52,036 nucleotides of DNA from Deltaproteobacteria bacterium (GTDB taxonomy: Bacteria; Desulfobacterota; Desulfobacteria; Desulfobacterales; UBA11574), in NCBI GenBank assembly GCA_019308685.1, contig JAFDHQ010000002.1, forward strand, positions 1 through 52,036, read 5' to 3'. Below the pieces are notes generated by a model. It saw only the letters and a list, made by a program, of their open reading frames with translations, was not told the DNA's origin and searched no databases. Below are positions 1 through 6,688 of the stretch, one piece after another; position 1 is the stretch's first letter; each line of letters begins with the position of its first letter. The translations under genes were made by a program, and so were the position numbers.

Positions 1-108
1 GAAAGACATGCTTCCAGAATCGTTGAAGATGCCCATCGAATCGCCCGTGAAAGGGGACGGAATGTCATATCAATCATAAAAGAAATGATTGCCGATTTAA
101 AGCCATAG
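1..108 (+). CDS. 3' end of an unidentified CDS entering from the left edge (...ERHASRIVEDAHRIARERGRNVISIIKEMIADLKP*)
   Basis: Frame 1 is open from base 1 to TAG at 106-108. No family recognised. Confidence 0.25.
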   Translation, partial: ERHASRIVEDAHRIARERGRNVISIIKEMIADLKP

Positions 109-152
109 GATATTTTGGAATCCAACCGTTCACGGATTTTTTGAAATTCCCG

Positions 153-174
153 AATCTCAAGCATCAAATCCCAA
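153..174. repeat. Copy of the 22-bp word AATCTCAAGCATCAAATCCCAA, also present at 2693-2714
   Basis: Exact 22/22 match read directly in both intergenic regions. Confidence 0.8.
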
Positions 175-179
175 ATAAA

Positions 180-1099
180 TCAGCCGTCGGTATTTTTTAG
201 ACTCCGGTAGAGATCTTTGGCACGATAAGAACTGCGCACCAGCGGCCCACTGGCAACTTGGGAAAACCCCATTTTAAGAGCGGCCTTTTTCCAGTCATCA
301 GAGCGGCCTTTTTCCAGTCATCAAATTCTTCGGGAGAAATAAAGCGTTCAACGTTCAGGTGCTCACTTGTGGGCTGAAGATATTGACCAAGTGTCAGGAT
401 GCTGCATTTCACGTCAAGAAGGTCCTGTAGTGTGTTTTCGACTTCCTCGGCAGACTCTCCGAGTCCGAGCATGAGGCCTGATTTAGTGGGAATGAATGAG
501 TCGGATTGCTTAACCCGACTGAGTAGTTCCAGCGAGCGACGATAGTCGGCCTTTGGCCGAACCAGAGGGTAAAGACGTGAAACCGTTTCGAGATTATGGT
601 TCAAAGCATGAGGGCGGGCCTCCAGAACCGTCCGAAGGGCATCTTCATTCCCTTGGAAATCTGGAATCAAAACTTCCACAAGTGTACCCGGCATCTTCGC
701 GCGGATTTTTTTAATGGTTTTTGCAAAAAGACCGGCCCCGCCGTCAGGAAGATCGTCCCGGGTGACGGACGTGATGACCACATAGCTTAATCCCAGGTTT
801 TTTACGGCTTGGGCCACCCTGCTCGGTTCTCCGGAATCGGGTGGTCCTGACGGACGTCCGTGGGTGACGTTGCAGAAACGGCAGTTCCTCGTGCAGCAGG
901 GCCCCAATATCAGAAAGGTTGCCGTCTGGCGGGAAAAGCATTCCCAGAGGTTGGGGCATCGGGCTTCCTGGCAAACGGTGTGAAGCCGGCTTTTACTCAG
1001 CAGAGTCCTTACTTCTTCATAGGTGGGTCCTGTGGGAAGCCGCCGTTTTAGCCAGGGGGGTTTTGCAATCCGCCGTTTATGTTTCTGATTATGATTCAT
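180..1099 (-). CDS. lipA: Lipoyl synthase LipA, with its 3' end frameshifted by a 23-bp tandem duplication (as-sequenced ORF is 197..1099)
   Basis: Auxiliary cluster [12 protein letters not shown] (Cx4Cx5C) and radical-SAM CTRNCRFC (Cx3Cx2C). The canonical C-terminus [23 protein letters not shown] is readable in the other frame down to the stop at 180-182. Confidence 0.9.
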
Positions 1100-1820
1100 C
1101 TATCTTCAATTTTTCAAGTTGCGTCATCATCAGTGAAACTCCGAAAACCGCTTTCAGATGGTGCTTTACCCTTTCGCGTACCCGCTTCATGGATACTTTG
1201 CGCGAAAGCTCACGCGCCATAGAGGTAATTCCCGTATCCTGAAGACCGCAGGGCGTTATCCACTCAAAAGGTTTCAATGAGATATTGACGTTAAATGCCA
1301 TGCCGTGGAAACAAATACCATGCCGAATAGCGATTCCGATGCTTCCCAGTTTTTGGTTGCCGACCCACACGCCTCTGTTAATGGGATTCCGTTTCGCTGT
1401 GATTCCCCAGTCTGCAGCCGTCCGAATCATAACTTCTTCGAGATTTTCAACATAGTTGACGACTCCCATCTGAGTCACTTGCAGATCAATAATGGGATAC
1501 ATGATCAGTTGACCGGGTCCGTGAAACGTAATATCCCCCCCCCGTTCCACTTGTATTACCGGAATGAGTGCTTTTTCAAGAAAAGTTTCGGACACTGACA
1601 AGTTGTTCAACCCACCCCGGCGACCCAGAGTGAAAACAGGAGGGTGTTCCAATAATAACACGACGTTTTTGTTGATCGTTTTCTGCTTTTTTGCAGCCAC
1701 AAGATGACTCTGAAGATGCCATGCCTCCCTGTATTCCGTGGCGGGGAGCTCGATACAGATCCATTTTCGATCTGAGGCCGTGTCTTGAGCGTTCTGCATT
1801 CGGTTTTGATAAATTAACAT
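1089..1820 (-). CDS. lipB: Octanoyltransferase LipB
   Basis: The ORF track product carries [35 protein letters not shown] and ITPCGL. The ORF's upstream extension overlaps the preceding gene, so the ATG at 1820 (1 nt after that gene's stop) or 1799 is the likelier start. The lipA start overlaps the lipB stop by 11 nt. Confidence 0.85.
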   Translation of the reverse strand: MLIYQNRMQNAQDTASDRKWICIELPATEYREAWHLQSHLVAAKKQKTINKNVVLLLEHPPVFTLGRRGGLNNLSVSETFLEKALIPVIQVERGGDITFHGPGQLIMYPIIDLQVTQMGVVNYVENLEEVMIRTAADWGITAKRNPINRGVWVGNQKLGSIGIAIRHGICFHGMAFNVNISLKPFEWITPCGLQDTGITSMARELSRKVSMKRVRERVKHHLKAVFGVSLMMTQLEKLKIDES

Positions 1821-1821
1821 G

Positions 1822-2610
1822 TTATGTTCTATCCAAAAACTGCAATATCGTTTTATTAAATAACTCCGGGGCTTCAGCTGGAATAGAATGACCAATTCCC
1901 GTGAAGTGATCGTGCCGCCCATTACAAATCATCGCCAGTTGCCCGGCATCTGATTTCTTTACGAGCAGATCATCGGAGCCTGAAAGAACCAGGATGGGGC
2001 CATGGACATTTTGTGCGATTTGGGACAATGAAGGGTAAGCCGTCATTGCCTCAAGATGGGCGATGAGAGATTGTTTTTTGTTTCGCCGGACCATGGCTTT
2101 TACGATATTGCCCAGGATTTTTTGGTTTTGATGTAAAAAATTTTCCCCGAAAGCAACGGGAAGCGAAACCCATGCCAGAGTTTCAAGATCAGAACGCCTT
2201 AGTATTTCCAACCATGACTTCAAAATCAGCCTGGCGCGACAGGTCTGCCTTGCACCAACACTGCATAAGACGAGCCGGTCAACACATTCCGGTAGATAGA
2301 CGGCACAGGCGAATGCGACTTTCGCCCCATGGCTGAGCCCGATAAGATGTGTCTTTTCAACCCTTAAATGTTTGAGTAATTCGGAAAAATCCTCGGTGTG
2401 GCCCTCCAGCGACAATTCCCCTTTCCCCAAATCGCTTTTTCCCTGGGCTCTGGCATCGTACATTAGGACCCGGAAGCGGTCCTTAAGAGCCATGCCATGT
2501 GTTTTCCAATATACGGTGTTCTGCAGGGTTCCGTTCAGAAAAGCAACCACCGGCTTTGATGATTCAAATCCTTGCGTTTCATAGTAGATAGAACTACCGA
2601 AATATGGCAT
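1822..2610 (-). CDS. Alpha/beta-fold hydrolase
   Basis: GLSHGAKVA nucleophile elbow (GxSxG) and a C-terminal GHSIPAEAPELF histidine region. The TTG-extended N-terminus (to 2643) runs into the intergenic repeat array, so the ATG at 2610 is preferred. Confidence 0.7.
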   Translation of the reverse strand: MPYFGSSIYYETQGFESSKPVVAFLNGTLQNTVYWKTHGMALKDRFRVLMYDARAQGKSDLGKGELSLEGHTEDFSELLKHLRVEKTHLIGLSHGAKVAFACAVYLPECVDRLVLCSVGARQTCRARLILKSWLEILRRSDLETLAWVSLPVAFGENFLHQNQKILGNIVKAMVRRNKKQSLIAHLEAMTAYPSLSQIAQNVHGPILVLSGSDDLLVKKSDAGQLAMICNGRHDHFTGIGHSIPAEAPELFNKTILQFLDRT

Positions 2611-2624
2611 GTTAAGTAAAGAAT

Positions 2625-2890
2625 CCCAAATTCCAAGCGCCAAAAATCAATTAAATCACAAATTCCAAATCACAAATTCCAAATAAATTCCAAATCTCAA
2701 GCATCAAATCCCAATCAAATCACAAATTCCAAATACCAATGACCTTAACGATTCCGATTTTTCCAGTATTGATGAAAGTATCTTTTTCAATTCGTTTCCC
2801 TTTCTTGACGATTATAAAGTTTGAAATTTTGAATTTTGGTCATTGTTATTTATTTGTTTTTTGTAATTTGTTATTTGGAATTTCCACTAA
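2625..2890. repeat. Strand-asymmetric low-complexity repeat region. The A/C-rich arm has tandem ATCACAAATTCCAA units and the G/T-rich arm holds their complements.
   Basis: Left arm 2625-2751 contains CACAAATTCCAAAT at least 3 times plus the 22-bp word shared with 153-174. Right arm 2815-2885 contains ATTTGGAATTTCC, TTTGAATTTTGG and GGTCATTG, the last complementary to CAATGACC. Confidence 0.75.
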
Positions 2891-2959
2891 CTCAATTACT
2901 CTGTGAACGGATACAAGGATTTTAATGTTATGTTAAAAGGGCTAACGGATACTCGATTT

Positions 2960-4430
2960 TCATCCTGCCAGACAGGGCTTTCGAGCGGCGGTTACCTCAT
3001 CCAGTCTTTTTACTTTGCAGCTTTTTGGCGCATGATGCAGCAGGTCCGGATTTTCCTTAGCCTCATTCGCAAGCCTCATTCGCAATAGCCTTGAAGGTTT
3101 CGACAAATTGATCGATATCCTCTTTAGACTCCGTTTCCGTGGGTTCAACCATGATGGCACCGGGTACGACCAGCGGGAAATAGACCGTGGGCGGATGAAA
3201 CCCGTAATCCATCAATCGCTTGGCCATATCCAGAGTGGCTATTTTTTGAGCCGCTTGATGTTTATCGGAAAAAACACATTCATGCATGCACGGTCTATCG
3301 TAGGGGAGATGCAATGTTCCTTTTAGCATTTCCTTAATATAATTGGCATTCAACACAGCAAGCTGGCTGGCCTTTTTCAGATTTTCCGGTCCCATTCTGC
3401 GAATATAACTGTAGGCTTTTATGACAACACCCAAAGCGCCATGGAAGGCCGAAATTTTGCCGATGGAGTCCGGATAATCTTCAGCCAAGATATAGGCACC
3501 GTTTTCCTCGATCACGCGAGGAACAGGAAGAAAGGGTTCCAGATGCTTCGCAACACTCACGGGACCCGAACCGGGCCCTCCACCCCCATGGGGAGTTGAA
3601 AACGTCTTATGGAGGTTCAATTGCATTACGTCTATGCCAATGTCTCCCATTTTAACCATACCCATGACCGCATTCATATTTGCACCGTCACAATAGACCA
3701 GCCCGCCTTTGCCATGGACAATTTCGGCGATCTTTTGGATATTTTCTTCAAAAAGACCCAGCGTGTTGGGATTGGTGACCATGATGCCGGCAGTGTCCGG
3801 GTCCATGATTTCGGCGATGGACTCCACAGAAAGGATTCCCTGTTCATTCGAGGTTACGGATACCGGACGAAAGCCACACAGGGATACGCTGGCAGGATTT
3901 GTGCCGTGGGCGGTATCCGGGATAATGATCTTTGAACGCTGGTATCCCTGTTTTTTGTGAAAGGCGTTTATAATGAGCATTCCGGTAAGTTCTCCATGTG
4001 CTCCTGCCGCGGGTTGAAGGGTTGTCGCGTGCATACCGGTGATTTCGTTAAGATATTGCTCAAATTCAAACATCATCTTGAGCGACCCCTGGGACAGACC
4101 GGAAGGAAGGAGGGGATGCGCCCCGGTAAATCCTGGAAGGCTTGCCTGTTTTTCATTGGTCTTGGGACTGTACTTCATGGTGCATGAACCCAGCGGGTAC
4201 ATGCCGGTATCTACACCGAAATTCCACTGGGCCAGTCTGGTATAGTGGCGTACCACGTCCACCTCGCTCAAATCCGGAAAGTCTGGACCTTCACCGATGA
4301 GTTCTTGATCAAGGAAGGCGGGTTCAACGTCGCGACGAGGAAGAGAGAATCCGCATCTTCCCTTTTTCCCTTTTTCCCAAAGGAGCGGCTCATTAAGTAA
4401 CAGACCGGTAGTGCCTAAGGCTTCCTTCAT
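2960..4430 (-). CDS. gcvPB: Glycine dehydrogenase (decarboxylating) subunit 2, GcvPB. It is truncated as sequenced (ORF 3063..4430) by a 13-bp tandem duplication.
   Basis: PLP-lysine motif [16 protein letters not shown]. The expected C-terminus ...[36 protein letters not shown] is present in the shifted frame (ORF 2960..3160). Confidence 0.9.
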
Positions 4431-5758
4431 GATTTAACCTCTCTGACCAGGGCGTCCATGTCGTTTTTTGATTTGGTTTCCGTAACGCACAAAAGATAAT
4501 GATTGGCAAGTTCAGGATAGTATGGGGCCAGACAAAGGCCTGCTATTATTTTTTTTTCTAAAAGATGCTTGTAGGTGGTTTCAAAGCCGGAAGGGAATTC
4601 AACGACAAATTCATTGAAGGTAGGGGTGTCAAAGGTGATGGTGACTCCCGCCTTTTTCAGTTTTTTTTTGAGATATTCGGCCTTGTCATAGTTGAGTCGG
4701 GCCAGTTTCCGTATACCGGTACCCCCCACAGAAGCCAAATACATGGCGGCCGCCAGAGCACAGAGGCTGTTGTTGGTGCAAATATTGGACGTTGCTTTTT
4801 CCCGACGAATGTGCTGCTCCCGGGTCGCAAGGGTCAGCACAAAGCCTGTTTTTCCATCCAGGTCTTTGGTTTTACCGACCAACCGACCCGGCAAGCTGCG
4901 CATGTGCTTTTTGCCGCTTGCGAGTATTCCCAGGGCGGGTCCGCCAAAGGAACGAGGAATGCCCAGGCTCTGTCCTTCCCCGCCGACGATGTCTGCGCCT
5001 TGACTCCCGGGGTTTTTTAAAAGACCATACGCCAAAGCTTCCGTGAAAGAAGTGACAAAAAGGGCCTCTTTATTATGGGTCTTCTGTCCAAGGACTCGGA
5101 GATTTTCAATACATCCGAAAAAATTGGGTGACTGAATGGCAACGGCTGCAAGATCATTCATTTCATCAAGACCGGTCGCATCGGTAACACCGGTGTTTAA
5201 ATAAGGAAGTTCCTCAACCTCATAGCCCGTGGGCTCAAAATAGGTTTGAACCACGCGACGATATAAGGGGTGGATGAGACTTGAAACGACGACTTTATTT
5301 CGTTTGGTGATACGAACCGCCATAAGAAGTGCCTCGGCCAGGGCCGTGGCGCCATCATAATGGGATGCGGTTGCGACTTCCATACCCAGAAGCCGAGCGG
5401 CCAGTGTTTGATATTCATAAATCGCCTGGAGAGTTCCCTGGCTCATTTCCGGCTGGTAAGGGGTATATGATGTTACAAACTCGGAACGACTTAGCAGGTA
5501 AGATACCGACGCAGGGATAAAATGGTCATAACTGCCCGCTCCCAAGAACACTTTGTATTCCGGAGAAACTGCCATATTGCGAGAAAGCGTGGACATGTGA
5601 TCGTTTAGCTCCCATTCACTCAAGGCCTCCGGTAAATTTAAATCGCCGTTGAAACGGCAATCCTCAGGTAGTGTTGAGAAAAGATCGTCAAGGTTGTCAA
5701 TCCCCAAAACCTGAAGCATTGAAGAAATATCTTCATCGGTATGAGGCAAGTAAATCAT
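4427..5758 (-). CDS. gcvPA: Glycine dehydrogenase (decarboxylating) subunit 1, GcvPA
   Basis: 443-aa product of typical P-protein alpha-subunit length. Its stop overlaps the gcvPB start, and it sits between gcvH and gcvPB. Confidence 0.9.
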   Translation of the reverse strand: MIYLPHTDEDISSMLQVLGIDNLDDLFSTLPEDCRFNGDLNLPEALSEWELNDHMSTLSRNMAVSPEYKVFLGAGSYDHFIPASVSYLLSRSEFVTSYTPYQPEMSQGTLQAIYEYQTLAARLLGMEVATASHYDGATALAEALLMAVRITKRNKVVVSSLIHPLYRRVVQTYFEPTGYEVEELPYLNTGVTDATGLDEMNDLAAVAIQSPNFFGCIENLRVLGQKTHNKEALFVTSFTEALAYGLLKNPGSQGADIVGGEGQSLGIPRSFGGPALGILASGKKHMRSLPGRLVGKTKDLDGKTGFVLTLATREQHIRREKATSNICTNNSLCALAAAMYLASVGGTGIRKLARLNYDKAEYLKKKLKKAGVTITFDTPTFNEFVVEFPSGFETTYKHLLEKKIIAGLCLAPYYPELANHYLLCVTETKSKNDMDALVREVKS

Positions 5759-6163
5759 TTACTCTGCTCCTTTTAGCTTTTCCATACAGGCCACATGGGT
5801 CATCAGATTTTCCATTTCTGATAGATTGCCGGGATTGACCACAACAAACCAGCCATCGCCGTAGGGACTATTGTTTACCAATTCAGGCGATTCTTCAAGC
5901 GCCGTGTTTACAGCAATAATTTTTCCGCTGACCGGCAGGTAGCATTCGCAAACCGCCTTGACGGATTCCACGGTTGCAAATTCTTCTCCCTGTTTAAAAG
6001 TATCGCCTACCTGGGGTAGCTCCACAAAAACAATGTCTCCGAGCTGATCTTGGGCATAGTCATCGAGGCCGACTCGGATTTTGTTCCCCTCAAGCCTGGC
6101 CCATTCATGATCTTCTGCATAGCGAACGTCATCCGGTAAATGTATTTCACTGATTTCTTTCAT
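5759..6163 (-). CDS. gcvH: Glycine cleavage system H protein
   Basis: 134 aa with the lipoyl-lysine motif VESVKAV. It directly abuts gcvPA. Confidence 0.92.
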   Translation of the reverse strand: MKEISEIHLPDDVRYAEDHEWARLEGNKIRVGLDDYAQDQLGDIVFVELPQVGDTFKQGEEFATVESVKAVCECYLPVSGKIIAVNTALEESPELVNNSPYGDGWFVVVNPGNLSEMENLMTHVACMEKLKGAE

Positions 6164-6313
6164 GAATTTTACTCCTTTTTCTGTACTGAATTTTTAATCG
6201 ACTTAGGAATTTAGATGATTATCACATAATACGAATAATTGTAAATACCCGATTGCGATTTATCCAAATCAAGGTTCGGAGGTACGAGGTTCAGGATTCC
6301 AAGGTTCCAGGGC

Positions 6314-6576
6314 AAACGCATTTGAATGGTAATAGAGGGAGAACGCTCCACGACGGCGTATATCTCTTTCCAACCGACTGAAACTTGGGCTTAAGCACCC
6401 GTAAGCCCGAGCCGTGCCAAAATTATTAAGAAAATTCGTCGCTAAATGATCCCATTGATTTTTTAAGTCATCATTTCATTCGGCTCGGGCTAACGCTTGC
6501 TAACGCCCTTCAAACAGTCACTCGGTTTCCAAGAGAAACACGCCGTCGTTCCACTGCACCGAAATCGAATGCGTTT
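6314..6576. repeat. 263-bp imperfect inverted repeat (about 100-nt arms, 66-nt spacer) in the divergent gcvH / gcvT-fusion promoter region
   Basis: Complementary blocks read directly: AAACGCATT (6314-6322) with AATGCGTTT (6568-6576), and GCCCGAGCCG (6405-6414) with CGGCTCGGGC (6481-6490). Internal blocks ACGACGGCGT, TCTCTT and AACCGA also pair with their complements. Confidence 0.7.
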
Positions 6577-6688
6577 ACTCTATCAGAGCTTCAGCCTTTA
6601 GTTGACGAAACGTTTGAACCCTGATATTAAAAAAAAATTTTGTGGTTATACTTCAGGGTTCTTTTTTTCTAATGAAAGGAGATGATTA

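Noticed and set aside
2640-2760. CRISPR array
   Set aside because: The repeat units are only about 14 bp and directly abutting, with no spacers of 25-40 bp and no cas genes. It is a low-complexity tandem repeat instead.
2903-3160. Small ORFs 2903..3088 (+) and 2960..3160 (-) as independent genes
   Set aside because: The minus-strand ORF is the displaced C-terminus of gcvPB. The plus-strand ORF is its antisense shadow.
6164-6688. Glycine riboswitch upstream of the gcv operons
   Set aside because: One is expected from the gene context. However, I could not find GGAGAG...CACCGAAGGGGCAA...CUCUCAGGCAAAAGGAC with intervening hairpins on either strand. Only loose resemblances were seen (GGGAGAAC, CACGACGGCG, CACCGAAATCG). 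This needs cmscan with RF00504 before any call.
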